A DNA stretch of 64,000 nt, from NCBI GenBank assembly GCA_049970175.1, contig JBMFNL010000001.1, forward strand, positions 364-64,363, given 5' to 3'. A program made the position numbers and the translations under genes. The notes below the pieces were generated by a model. That model was not told the origin of the DNA. It searched no databases and saw only the letters and a program-made list of their open reading frames with translations. Below are positions 36,601-45,283 of the stretch, piece after piece. This DNA comes from Chloroflexia bacterium. GTDB taxonomy: Bacteria > Chloroflexota > Chloroflexia > DTKN01. Position 1 is the first letter of the stretch. Every line of letters starts with the position of its first letter.

Positions 36601-38255
36601 ACGTTCCCCCCGGCATCCCGCAGCGTCAGCACCTCGCCGGCGTTGGCCAGGATGCCGCTGAAGAACTGGTCGGCCGGGATGTCGGAGATGGTGGAGTCGT
36701 CGGTGCGTTCCAGGAGGAAGTAGCCGCCGGCCGGGATGGTGCCTTGGAGGGTGATGGAGATGTCGCCGCCGTCGGAAAGGGTCCAGCCGGAGAGGTCGAT
36801 ATCGTAGGGAGAGGCGTTGTAGAGTTCGATCCACTCGTCGGCGGTGGAGGCCTGGGTGCCGGCCCAGGCCACCTCGTTGATGACCACCTGCCCCTGGCCG
36901 GGCAGAAGCACGAGGGTTCGCCAGCGGGCCACATTATTGTCCGGGTTGCCCTCCACGGCCGAGGTTGAGGCCCGGGCCGTATTGGTGAGCGTTCCGGTGA
37001 CGGTGGGGAGGGCCTGGGCATGGAGGACGACGCGGGCCGCGCCGCCCGGCAGGAGGGTGCCCACCTCCCAGACCACGGTATCGGGGGTCGGGCGGGTCCA
37101 AGGGTAGGGGCTCTCCTGGGAGAGAAAAGCCGCCCCCGAGGGCAAGGTATCGGTCAGGCGGATGGCGGGGGCTTCGAGTTGGCCGATGTTGGTGACAGCC
37201 AAGGTATAGGTGAGGGTATCGCCGGCGTGAATGCTTCCCGGGCCGGCCTTGGCCACGGCCAGGTCGGCGTAGGCTTCCTGGACGACGGTGGCGGCTTGGG
37301 CCAGGTTGTTCGTGCCGGTGACCTCGGTGATGGCCGTCGTGGCCCACACCACGTTGAGGAGCGTCCCCGAGGCGGTGAGGGCGACGGTGCCGGTGAGGGT
37401 GATGGTGGCCTGGCCGGCCGGAGACACCTCCCCGACCTGGCAGGAGAAGGTGGAGCCGGCCAAAGTGCAGGGATATGGGCCGGCGTGAGCGGCGTAGAGG
37501 AAGCCGGCCGGGAGGGTGTCGGTGAGGAGGACGGAAGGCGCGGCCAGGGGGCCCTGGTTGAGCAGGGTGATGCGATAGATGAGCGGTGAGCCGACAGGAG
37601 CGGCGGCCGGCGCCGTCTTGCTCAACGCCAGGTCGGGCCAGGAGAGGGAGTTGCGCTGCTTGGGCGTGCCGTTCAGGGGGTTGCCGCCGGCATCGTGGCC
37701 GTTCCGGATCCAGGTCGTGTTGCTGCCCCAGTTGGCGTCGGTGTCGGGAGCGGTGGGGTCGATGCGCTCCATGGTCTGCTTGGTGGTGTTGTTCCCGGCC
37801 GGCCACCCGCCCCCGTCGCCGTTGGCCGTGTCCCCGACGTTCCCCCCGGCATCCCGCAGCGTCAGCACCTCCCCGGTATTCCCCAGCGCGCCGGTGTAAG
37901 TTTGGTCGGCCGGGATGTCGGGGATGGTGGTGTCGTCGGTGCGTTCCAGGAGGAAGTAGCCGTGGGCCGGGATGGTGCCGACGAGGGTAATGTTGGGCGT
38001 GCCGTCGGCGGCCCGGAGAGTCCAGCCGGTCAGGTCAATGGGGGCGGCCGTGTTGTTGTAGAGTTCGATCCACTCGTCGTTAGCGTCATAGGCCGTCCCC
38101 ATCCAGGCCACCTCGTTGATGACGACGTCGCCTGCAGCCCTCACCCCCTCCCCCTGTTCCCTTCCCCAATGGAGGGGGAGGGGGTTGGGGGTAGGGGTGA
38201 GGAGCGGCAGCAGGCACAGCAGGAAAAGGGCCGTCAGGCGAAGGGTCGTCCGCAT
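33630..38255 (-). CDS. Secreted 1541-aa multidomain protein: signal peptide, 4 lamin-tail domains, DUF11 repeats, two PLD-like HKD domains
   Basis: LTD motifs (VVINEVAW..DEWIELYN..IDLTGWTL) at about aa 45, 460, 750 and 1390. DUF11 (LAVSKTGP..TYTLAVTN). HKD motifs NMHSKLMLLD and IHNKMVLV. The N-terminal ~830 aa are an internal tandem duplication. GGAGGT SD. Confidence 0.8.
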   Translation of the reverse strand: MRTTLRLTALFLLCLLPLLTPTPNPLPLHWGREQGEGVRAAGDVVINEVAWMGTAYDANDEWIELYNNTAAPIDLTGWTLRAADGTPNITLVGTIPAHGYFLLERTDDTTIPDIPADQTYTGALGNTGEVLTLRDAGGNVGDTANGDGGGWPAGNNTTKQTMERIDPTAPDTDANWGSNTTWIRNGHDAGGNPLNGTPKQRNSLSWPDLALSKTAPAAAPVGSPLIYRITLLNQGPLAAPSVLLTDTLPAGFLYAAHAGPYPCTLAGSTFSCQVGEVSPAGQATITLTGTVALTASGTLLNVVWATTAITEVTGTNNLAQAATVVQEAYADLAVAKAGPGSIHAGDTLTYTLAVTNIGQLEAPAIRLTDTLPSGAAFLSQESPYPWTRPTPDTVVWEVGTLLPGGAARVVLHAQALPTVTGTLTNTARASTSAVEGNPDNNVARWRTLVLLPGQGQVVINEVAWAGTQASTADEWIELYNASPYDIDLSGWTLSDGGDISITLQGTIPAGGYFLLERTDDSTISDIPADQFFSGILANAGEVLTLRDAGGNVVDTANGDGGGWPAGTASPNYQTMERIAPLSPDTDANWASNDMVHRNGHDAGGNPVNGTPKALNSASLPPPPSADLAVSKTGPLTATPGTTLAYTLAVTNAGTLDALAVRLTDTLPAGTTFISQSSSFPFMQPTTGTLVWDPGVLSASASAQIALYARVEPFAAGVLTNRITATTAVTEANPADNTAFCTTTVVFPGEAHVLIEAVLYDGYVLEDHDEAVRLVNVGSAPADLSGWKVCDAGSGGSCAILPGGTTLLPGRRLWLAWYGDAFFSSFGFLPDYEKADTRPEVPNLGGSWPGFSNTGDEAVLRSPTDEVMDTMVFEGGSTSTPGWSGPALFPYAGSGNFGSEGQILQRILDEGTGLPVADTNTAADWFQYPGDALYGRRVLYPGWDLDAFFRPLSATEAASLTVAIAPDHAGEIFLEAIGLARERIEAEFYELENYDIVRALVGQAQSGVSVTVLLEGEVAGGISDQELWACQQLHAAGGACWFMFNESSVRIYDRYTNMHSKLMLLDRRWALISSQNPTAGGLPTDDKSDGTWGSRGVLILTDAPSVVARALALFQADFDPAAHLDLTRWSPSNPYGYGPPPPGFQPITQTGGITSSVVFTAPLRLSGTFSFELFSAPEAALRQSDALLGLLARAGPGDQVDVEQMYEYRAWGAMPDYTPAPNLRLEAYIAAARRGAAVRILLNSGSFGEAGYDLSKNLETVAYVNDLARREGLNLRARLGDPTRYGIHNKMVLVRLGDRGYAHIGSINGSETSSKVNREAALQIASDAVYAYLEEMFEWDWYHSTPIHLPLVYKHYLTPADHLLVSEVLYDPEGTDAGKEWVEIYNPTNHPVDLSGWTLGDAAAIGEYGSGRYVFPTGTVIPARTVWTIAAQAQDVAFRPTFEFLIDPLRDDPSVPNMVPVGTWDGFGFALGNEGDEVILLDASESPVDVLVYGAGSYPGVVPHPGVSAQGHSLERRPADRDTDDCSADFFDRYPPTPGVVP

Positions 38256-38295
38256 GGGTCAACCTCCATGGCCCTCACCCCTCACCCCCCGACCC

Positions 38296-38345
38296 CCCTC
38301 TCCCCTCTCCCATTGGGAGAGGGGAGAGGGGGGCAGGGGGGAGAG
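38296..38345. repeat. REP-like palindrome (CTCTCCCCTCTCCCATTGGGAGAGGGGAGAGG), same family as 23188-23236
   Basis: Lies between the stop of the DUF457 gene and the start of the LTD/PLD gene. A degenerate copy at 38139-38200 is inside the LTD/PLD coding region (encodes PNPLPLHWGREQGEG). Confidence 0.55.
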
Positions 38346-38359
38346 AGGTGAGGGCAAAT

Positions 38360-39391
38360 TCAGGCCAGTTCCACCTCCTCCCCCTCGGCCACCATGTCGC
38401 CCTGGCGGAGTTTTTCCACCACCGGGGGCGCGGGTTCGCGCCGGAGGCGCCGGTCCAAGTAGAGGCCGCCCAGGACGATCCAGGGGATGCCGAGGGCCAG
38501 GAAGAGGTAGAGGAAAGGCGGAAGGAGCGGCTTGGGCGAGAAACGGTCCAGGTTGAAGAGAATCAGGGCCAGGGCGGTCCAGACGGTGAGGAAGTTGGGG
38601 ATGGCATCGCCGGAGCGGAGAAGGTGCAGCCCGGGCATCCGCCGGCGGGTAAGGGGCCAGAGGAGGTTGCTGCCCATATAGCCCAGTTGGTCCTCCAGGA
38701 TATGGCCGGCATAGCCCAGGGCAAAGACCAGCCCAGCCCACAGCCCCAGGGAGAAGCCGCCCAGGAGCCCCACCAGGAGCCCGGCCAGGAGCCCGCCCAG
38801 GAGCCCGGTCAGGAGCGAGTGCGACCAGCGGCGGTGCCAGTCCAGGAAGTGGATGCGGACGCACTCGCCCTCCCGCTCGAAGCGGAAGGAGGGGCCGCTG
38901 AAGATGTCCACCTTGTTCTCGGCGTCGTAGGTATGCACCATGGGCACGCCGACCTGGACGCAGGCCTCGGCGTTCTCCGGCGGCTCCGTCCCGGCGTAGG
39001 GCACCTGGCCGGTGTTGACCAGCGGGCCGATGCGCACGATGACCCGGCCGGCCGGGGGGTCGAAGCGGACGGAATACTGCCGCCAGAGGTCGGGTCCCAT
39101 GCGGATGGTGTGGAGCATGATGTTGCGCGGGCGGCCGCTTTCGTAGGCCTCGCGCATGGCGCGGGCGAGGCGTTCGGCGATCTCCTGGGGATCGGGGGAG
39201 CGGGGGTCGGGGTCCACCTCGTCGTCGTAGCGCTCAAAGTAGCGGGCGAACTTGAAATCGAGGGTATCGGGGAGGATGCCGCCGATGCCGCCCAGGACGG
39301 GGAGGAGGCCCCCCTGGGCGCCCTGCTGGACGACCTGGGGAAAGAAGGTGGCGATGGCCACCCCGCTGACGAAATGGGCGATGCCTTTCAT
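38360..39391 (-). CDS. DUF457 / YdjM-like membrane-bound metal-dependent hydrolase
   Basis: MKGIAHFVSGVAIATFF...HTIRMGPDLW...; C-terminal TM segments. Confidence 0.65.
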   Translation of the reverse strand: MKGIAHFVSGVAIATFFPQVVQQGAQGGLLPVLGGIGGILPDTLDFKFARYFERYDDEVDPDPRSPDPQEIAERLARAMREAYESGRPRNIMLHTIRMGPDLWRQYSVRFDPPAGRVIVRIGPLVNTGQVPYAGTEPPENAEACVQVGVPMVHTYDAENKVDIFSGPSFRFEREGECVRIHFLDWHRRWSHSLLTGLLGGLLAGLLVGLLGGFSLGLWAGLVFALGYAGHILEDQLGYMGSNLLWPLTRRRMPGLHLLRSGDAIPNFLTVWTALALILFNLDRFSPKPLLPPFLYLFLALGIPWIVLGGLYLDRRLRREPAPPVVEKLRQGDMVAEGEEVELA

Positions 39392-39777
39392 CGCAACCTC
39401 CGGGACCCTGGCACACCCCTATCCTACCACAAAGGGCGGCCGGCGTCAATCGGCGGCCGACGCCTCCTGGATAGGACCCGACTTCGCCGACCTGATCCAA
39501 GCCGGCCGTATCCGCTCCAATGTCCTGGGGATCCTCCTGTGCCTGCAGCTGCGATTCTGAAGCCGGTTTTGACACAACACCTCCACCCGCGATATCCAGG
39601 CAGCCGGCTGTGGGCTGATCAACCTCGCCTGTTCCCAACCTGATGCAAGGTTTTACAGGTTTGCCACCCTGGAAGCAAACGTTTCGAACACTGGCGTGGT
39701 AAAATAAGAAAATCTTGGGTTCGCCCATAGCCTAAATACCGGTTGAGGCGGGGGTGGACAACTACAGGAGAAGCACG

Positions 39778-40503
39778 ATGAACGAAGAAGTACCTTCCTG
39801 GCGTATTCTGCTGGTGGACGACGAGGAGGCTATCACCACACACCTCTCCTCCTTCCTGAAACGGGCGGGCTTTGTCGTGGCGACGGCTGCCGATGGGGAA
39901 GAGGCTCTGCGCTGCATCGCCGATTTCAACCCCCACCTGATCGTCTTGGACGTGCTGATGCCCGGGTTGGACGGGCGGGAAACGCTGCGCCGTCTCCGCC
40001 GCCTTGGGAATTGGACCCCCGTGATCCTGCTCACCCAGGTAGGTACGCCGGCCGAACGGGCTATGGCTCTGGAGGAAGGAGCGGATGACTACCTGAACAA
40101 ACCGTTCGAGCCCTATGAACTAGTCGCCCGCATCCGCGCGGTGCTTCGTCGGAGCCGATCGGGTGTTCCCTCCCTCTCCGGGGCCCAACGGCTGCGTTCG
40201 GGAACGCTGGAGTTGGACCGCCAGAGCCGACGGGTCTTTCTGGCAGGGAAGGAGATCCCGCTCACGGCCAAGGCCTTCTCGCTCCTGGAATATATGATGC
40301 TCCATCCAGACGAGATGTTGAGCCGCAACCGCCTGCTGGACGCGGTTTGGGGTTGGGACTATCCGGTAGCCACCCGCGCCGTAGATGCCCGCATCGCCGA
40401 ATTACGCCGCCTGTTGAACGATGATGCCAACAGTCCTTCTTTCATCGAAACCGTCATCGGGCAGGGATATCGTTTCATCGGAGAAGTGGAGGTGGGTGCG
40501 TGA
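39778..40503 (+). CDS. OmpR-family response regulator
   Basis: MNEEVPSWRILLVDDEEAI...DVLMPGLDG...(REC) + ...LTAKAFSLLEYMMLHPDEMLSRNRLLDAVWG...(winged helix). AGGAGAAG SD. Confidence 0.85.
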   Translation: MNEEVPSWRILLVDDEEAITTHLSSFLKRAGFVVATAADGEEALRCIADFNPHLIVLDVLMPGLDGRETLRRLRRLGNWTPVILLTQVGTPAERAMALEEGADDYLNKPFEPYELVARIRAVLRRSRSGVPSLSGAQRLRSGTLELDRQSRRVFLAGKEIPLTAKAFSLLEYMMLHPDEMLSRNRLLDAVWGWDYPVATRAVDARIAELRRLLNDDANSPSFIETVIGQGYRFIGEVEVGA

Positions 40504-41404
40504 AACGGCTTGCCCTTTCTCTCCTGCCTATAGGTCTGGGATGTGGACTCGCCCTTTTATGGTGGTCCGGGCTGTGGGCCAACCCTATCCTTTACCTTCG
40601 CGTGGATCTGGGTTCCCTCTTCCTGCTCATCGGCCTCCTGGGCAGCATCCTCTTGGGGATAGGCCTGGCCCTGTGGGGTTGGGCCGGCCGATGTTACGAG
40701 CAGGCGCTATCCCGCCTTCAGCGTGAGCAGGCCGATGCCCATCGCCGCTTCCTGCGACGCTTGGACCATGAAATCAAAAACCCCCTCACCGCCATCCGCG
40801 CCGGGCTGGCCAACCTGCCTGAGCAGAGCGAAAAGGATATCTTGGCCAGCGTGCGGGCCCAGGTAGATCGCCTGGCCCGGCTGAGCAGCGATTTGCGCAA
40901 ACTGGCCGATCTGGAGGTCCAACCCATTGAGCAGGGGCCGGTGGACCTGGCTTCACTGCTGACGGAGACGGTGGAGGTGATGGCCGAGCGCCCTGCCGCC
41001 CAACGCCTGAGTATTTCTCTACCCCGTATTCCCTGGCCGCTTCCACCCGTGCTCGGAGACCGGGACCTCCTCTTTCTGGCCCTGCATAACCTGCTGGATA
41101 ACGCGCTAAGTTCTCCGGGCCGCAGGATAACGTCGAAGTCCGCGCCTTTGAGGATGGGGCATGGGTGATCGTGGAAGTGGCCGACACCGGCCCCGGCATC
41201 CCGGAAGACGAGTTGCCCCACCTGGGAGAGGAACTGTATCGCGGAAGTACGGCTCGCAACGTCGAGGGTAGCGGGTTGGGATTAGCATTGGTCCGGGCCA
41301 TCGTAGCCCGTCACGGCGGTCGCATGACGGTCCGCAGCCAGCCTGGGAAAGGCACCGTAGTGGCCCTACGGCTGCCCACAGTGCAGACAGGAGGACAAAG
41401 ATGA
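40500..41404 (+). pseudogene. Sensor histidine kinase disrupted by a -1 frameshift (~41106-41110)
   Basis: Frame A (40500..41168) has TM helices, the HisKA box HEIKNPLTAI and ...LHNLLDNAL. The ATP-lid region KFSGPQDNVEVRAFEDGAWVIVEVADTGPGIPEDE...GSGLGLALV continues in frame B (41165..41404). The join needs one extra A in ctaag(a)ttc. Confidence 0.7.
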
Positions 41405-41640
41405 AAAAGTGTCGCTTTCTTCTCGTCACTCTGCTGATGCTCGTGCTCACATCCTGTATGGGAACCCTGGAAGTCGGCATAGAACAACCTGTCCCCTCTC
41501 CTACGGTCCCCGCCTCATCCGCCGGGTCAGGTCTGCTCTACCTGAAGGAGGGAACGATCTATCTGCTGACCGAAAGCGGCGAGCAAGCCCTTGGATCGTT
41601 GTCGGAGGAGGCCGGTAACCTGACCCTAGGATCGCGTTAA
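41401..41640 (+). CDS. Lipoprotein N-terminal segment (signal peptide + lipobox LTSC); probably the 5' part of a frameshifted gene
   Basis: MKKCRFLLVTLLMLVLTSCMGT...; ends at TAA 41638. Confidence 0.4.
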   Translation: MKKCRFLLVTLLMLVLTSCMGTLEVGIEQPVPSPTVPASSAGSGLLYLKEGTIYLLTESGEQALGSLSEEAGNLTLGSR

Positions 41641-41734
41641 CACGGACGCCGGCCATCTCATCGCCCTTAATCTGAACGATGGGTCATCGCGCGTTCTGCT
41701 CGATCTTCCCGGCCGCCCTGGAGAGGACCTCCTG

Positions 41735-42544
41735 GTGCGCTGGGCAAACGACGGCCTGGCCCTGGCGTATGCCCTGGCCTGGGACGAGGCAGACGGTTCA
41801 CGCTTGGTCGAACTGGGCACGACCGACGGTTATTCGCAACAGTTGGTGGACACCGTGGTTGCTCGCCCCGCCGGAGTCGAACCTACCCTGCCCCCCGAAC
41901 CGCCAATGCCGCCGGAGCCGGGCTTTGCCATCCTGGATATCCAGGGTTATGACCGTGCCGCTGGCAGGCTGGTCGTTATCCCCGTAGGTGGGCAGGAGCA
42001 CAGAGCCTGGGTAGGAACCTACGATCTGCGTAGCGGAAACTTCAAGAAGCAAGGCTGGCCACCGGAAGTAACCTCACCCCAGGTCGTCGCCCTGTCGCCG
42101 GATATGGGCCTCCTGGCCGTTGCCGTCCCTCACCGGCTGTGGATTTATCAGGCGGAGGACCTCAGCGCGGAAGGGGTACAGGTGGAATTTCTGGAAGGGA
42201 CGCACGCCGCCTGGCTCTCCTGGTCACCCGATGGACGGCATCTGGCTTACCTGCTCAGCGAAGGGGAAACCCCCGGCCTGGAAGTCAGTCCGGCCCTGGG
42301 GCTGTGGATATGGGAAGCCGGGGACAACCGATCCCACCAGGCCGTGTCGGCCCTCAGTCCGGAGGCAACCCTGCTCGGCTGGACGGCGGACGGAAGCGCC
42401 GTGGTCCTGATCACACTGGACGGCATCACCCGTCAGCGCGCAATGATCATGGTCGATCTGGAAGGACGGACCCGGTCCATCCCTCTGCCCGAAAGCATCC
42501 GGGAACTAGGCTGGTTGGGAGCAGCCTGGAGGATGGAGCCGTAA
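41735..42544 (+). CDS. Propeller-like periplasmic domain protein (WSPDGRHLAY motif) without its own signal peptide; probable 3' part of the frameshifted lipoprotein gene
   Basis: The frame is open from 41630 and reads coding-like (…TDAGHLIALNLNDGSSRVLLDLPGRPGEDLL…) before the first possible start (GTG 41735). Confidence 0.5.
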   Translation: MRWANDGLALAYALAWDEADGSRLVELGTTDGYSQQLVDTVVARPAGVEPTLPPEPPMPPEPGFAILDIQGYDRAAGRLVVIPVGGQEHRAWVGTYDLRSGNFKKQGWPPEVTSPQVVALSPDMGLLAVAVPHRLWIYQAEDLSAEGVQVEFLEGTHAAWLSWSPDGRHLAYLLSEGETPGLEVSPALGLWIWEAGDNRSHQAVSALSPEATLLGWTADGSAVVLITLDGITRQRAMIMVDLEGRTRSIPLPESIRELGWLGAAWRMEP

Positions 42545-42574
42545 TCCAATTCGACTGGAACATCCTCCCCCATC

Positions 42575-43264
42575 CTAGCCCGCCTCGTCCCCGGCGCGCC
42601 CGAAAGCGCCGCACTCCTGCCGGAGGGGGCAATCCCCGCAGCGCGGACGGCGCCGGCGGCAGCGCTCCTTGCCGTGGCGGACGATGAGGGCGTGGTATTC
42701 GCCGTAGAGGTCCGGGTCGGGAGGGAGGTGGGCCATAAAGAGGGCCCGGATATGCTCATACGAAGGGGCGGCCGGGAGCAGGCCCAGCCGGCCCAGAAGC
42801 CGCCGGGTGTAGGCATCCACCACAAAGGTCGGCCGGCCGGCGGCGTAGAGGAGGATGCTGTCCGCCGTCTCGGGCCCGATGCCCGGGACGGCCAGCAGTT
42901 CCTCCCGCCAGGCCGTCCAGTCGCCCCGGGAAAGCGCCGTCGGGTCGCCTCCGTGCCGGGAAAAGAGGTACTCCAGGAGTGCCCGCAGCCGCGCCGCCTT
43001 GACCCGATAGGTGCCGGCCGGACGGAGCAGGCGCTCCAACGCCTCCTGAGGAAGGCGGTAGAGGCCGGATGGGGAAAGGACGCCCGCCGCCTTGAGGTTC
43101 TGGAGCGCCCGCTCCACATTGCCCCAGGCCGTGTTCTGGGTGAGGACGGCCCCCACCATCACCTCGAACGGCCCCTCCCCGGGCCACCACCCCTGCGGGC
43201 CGTAGGCCTCCAGGAGCGCCCGGTAGCACCGGAGCAGGATTTCCCCGGTCGCCTCCCCGCCCAT
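42575..43264 (-). CDS. nth: Endonuclease III-family DNA glycosylase (HhH-GPD + [4Fe-4S] C-x6-C-x2-C-x5-C)
   Basis: ...LTQNTAWGNVERAL...VPGIGPETADSILLYA...CRRRRPRCGDCPLRQEC; AGGAGGT SD. Confidence 0.8.
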   Translation of the reverse strand: MGGEATGEILLRCYRALLEAYGPQGWWPGEGPFEVMVGAVLTQNTAWGNVERALQNLKAAGVLSPSGLYRLPQEALERLLRPAGTYRVKAARLRALLEYLFSRHGGDPTALSRGDWTAWREELLAVPGIGPETADSILLYAAGRPTFVVDAYTRRLLGRLGLLPAAPSYEHIRALFMAHLPPDPDLYGEYHALIVRHGKERCRRRRPRCGDCPLRQECGAFGRAGDEAG

Positions 43265-43267
43265 CGC

Positions 43268-44047
43268 CTACCTCCTGCGGCGCGCCCAGAGAGCCAGCCC
43301 CAGGAGCAGGAGCGCCATCCCCCCGAAGGCCAGGGCGGCGGGGGAAACGGGCCCGCCGGAGGAGGCAGAAGGCACCGCCGTGGCCGCCGGCGCCGTGGGG
43401 GAGGAGCGGGTGGGAAATGGAGAAGGGGACGGCGAGGCCGGGAGGGCCGTGGCAGAGGGCGTGCGGGTCGGGGAAGGGGCCGACAGGGTTGTCGGGAGGG
43501 TCGTGGCTGAGGGCGTCCGGGTCGGGGAAGGGGCCGGCGAGGGCGGGAGGGCGGCCGGAGCGGTGGGCTCCCCGGTCGGGGCGGGCGGAGGCGCGGCCGC
43601 CCGGATCTCCTCCCAGGTCAGGAGCGGGGGTGGGGTACGCCCGTCGCCCCAGACCCAGCCGTCCACATCGCCGTCGCCCAGCCGGCGGTCGGCGGCCCCC
43701 CGGTCGGCATAGACCCAGGCGCCGTCGCGCAGGTGAAAGTAGGCCCAGTAGCGGCAGGGGGTACCCCGGCATTCGCAGAAGCACTCCTGCGGCGTCGGCG
43801 GACAGCCCACCCCTTCGATGGCGCAGACGGCCGTCCCGATGCCGCCGCTCACCATGGCCACCTCCAGCCCGGAGCGCCGGAGGAGGTCCACCCCGCTGAT
43901 CGTCTCCTCGGCGAAGGAGACCACCCGCACCAGGACCCGCCCGTCGCCGAAATCCACCACCAGGGCGGCCTGGTGCGGCCCCTGGGCCCAGGACGGCCCA
44001 AGGCCCCCCAAAAGAAGAGCGAGCAACAGGACGATATAGAACTTCAC
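43268..44047 (-). CDS. Secreted protein: signal peptide, Cys-rich DUF4430-like domain, P/T/S-rich linker, C-terminal TM + RRRR anchor
   Basis: [22 protein letters not shown]...CAIEGVGCPPTPQECFCECRGTPCRYWAYF...PTRTPSAT...GGMALLLLGLALWARRRR; GTG start with GAGGAGG SD. Confidence 0.65.
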   Translation of the reverse strand: MKFYIVLLLALLLGGLGPSWAQGPHQAALVVDFGDGRVLVRVVSFAEETISGVDLLRRSGLEVAMVSGGIGTAVCAIEGVGCPPTPQECFCECRGTPCRYWAYFHLRDGAWVYADRGAADRRLGDGDVDGWVWGDGRTPPPLLTWEEIRAAAPPPAPTGEPTAPAALPPSPAPSPTRTPSATTLPTTLSAPSPTRTPSATALPASPSPSPFPTRSSPTAPAATAVPSASSGGPVSPAALAFGGMALLLLGLALWARRRR

Positions 44048-44133
44048 CTCAACCTCCTCGACCCGGGGCCGCCCGGCCGTTCATTGTACTACAGCCGTCT
44101 TCGGCGCGCAATTCGTGTCGGATGCGTGTTTGT

Positions 44134-44220
44134 CGTTGGGCGAGGCGCCGTGTGAAGTAGGCCGGAGCGCAGCGACGGCCGTATCGAAATCAGTTGCCGG
44201 GGCCGTTCGGGTTTCGAACC
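44134..44220. repeat. Dispersed ~85-bp element (copy 2 of 3; also ~16735-16820 and ~49682-49760)
   Basis: cgttgggcgaggcgccgtgtgaagtaggccggagcgcagcgacggccgtatcgaaatcagttgccggggccgttcgggtttcgaacc. Copy 3 is flanked by a 13-bp inverted repeat cgttgggcgaggc/gcctcgcccaacg. Confidence 0.55.
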
Positions 44221-44293
44221 GCCCGCGATGGGATACAGGAGTTGTGGTATAATATACCCTGGCAGGCCGGTCCCGATTCTCCCGGGTGGAGCG

Positions 44294-45283
44294 ATGATCG
44301 AAGCGTTCGGGTTGGGCAAAGATTTCGGCACCCTCACCGCCGTCCGTGACGTCACCCTGACCGTTGCCGAGGGCGAGGTGGTGGTCCTCCTGGGGCCCAA
44401 CGGAGCCGGCAAGACCACCACGGTGCGGATGCTTGCGGCCATCCTCCGGCCGACGCGGGGGCGAGCGACGGTGGCCGGCCACGATGTGGCCAGGGAGGCG
44501 GTGCAGGTACGGGAGCATGTGGGGCTGCTCACCGAATTCCCCGGCCTGTACGAGCGGATGAGGGTCCTGGATTACCTGGCCTTTTTCGGGCGGTTGCACG
44601 GTCTCTCGCCCTCTTCCTGCCGGGCCCGGAGCGAATCCCTGCTACGCCGCTTCGGCCTGTGGGAGAGCCGCCGCCTGCACCTGGGCGAGTTCTCCAAAGG
44701 GATGCGGCAGAAGGTGGCCCTGGTGCGTGCCCTCCTGCACGATCCGCCGGTCCTCCTCTTGGACGAACCTACCTCGGCCATGGACCCCAGCAGCGCCCGT
44801 ATGGTGCGGGATTGCATCCGGGAACTCAGGGCCGCCGGCCATACCCTCCTGATCTGTACGCACAACCTGGCCGAAGCGGAGGAACTGGCCGACCGCATCG
44901 CCATCATCCGCCAGGGACACATCATTGCCCTGGATACCCCCCAGGGGTTGCGCCGCCAACTCCTCGGCCCGCCGCTCATGGAGGCCCGCTTGAACGATAC
45001 GCACAACAACTTCGGCATCCTGGAGGAGATGGTCCAGATCGTGTCCCGGGGACCGGGATGGGTGCGGTACCTCTCGCCCCGGCCGGAGCAGATCAATCCG
45101 CAGGTGATTCGTCGCCTGATGGAGGCCGGAGCCGAGGTGGTGACTTTGAGCGAAGTTCCCCGCAGCCTGGAGGAGGTCTACCTGCGCCTGGTCGAAGCCG
45201 GCGAAGCAGGGACGGTTCCCCCTCCTCCGGCGCAACCCGCCGGGGCCGGAGTCGCCCGGGACGGCGTGGGAGGAAGCCGATGA
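44294..45283 (+). CDS. ABC transporter ATP-binding protein
   Basis: ...LLGPNGAGKTTT... Walker A, LSGGQ-like ...FSKGMRQKVAL..., Walker B LLLDEPTSAMD. An extended -10 (TGgTATAAT) lies at 44245-44253. Confidence 0.85.
   Translation: MIEAFGLGKDFGTLTAVRDVTLTVAEGEVVVLLGPNGAGKTTTVRMLAAILRPTRGRATVAGHDVAREAVQVREHVGLLTEFPGLYERMRVLDYLAFFGRLHGLSPSSCRARSESLLRRFGLWESRRLHLGEFSKGMRQKVALVRALLHDPPVLLLDEPTSAMDPSSARMVRDCIRELRAAGHTLLICTHNLAEAEELADRIAIIRQGHIIALDTPQGLRRQLLGPPLMEARLNDTHNNFGILEEMVQIVSRGPGWVRYLSPRPEQINPQVIRRLMEAGAEVVTLSEVPRSLEEVYLRLVEAGEAGTVPPPPAQPAGAGVARDGVGGSR

Noticed and set aside
39670-39690. GTTTCGAAC inverted repeat upstream of the response regulator as a LexA box
   Set aside because: Its orientation is GTTC..GAAC, the reverse of the GAAC-N4-GTTC half-site arrangement, and the spacing is wrong.
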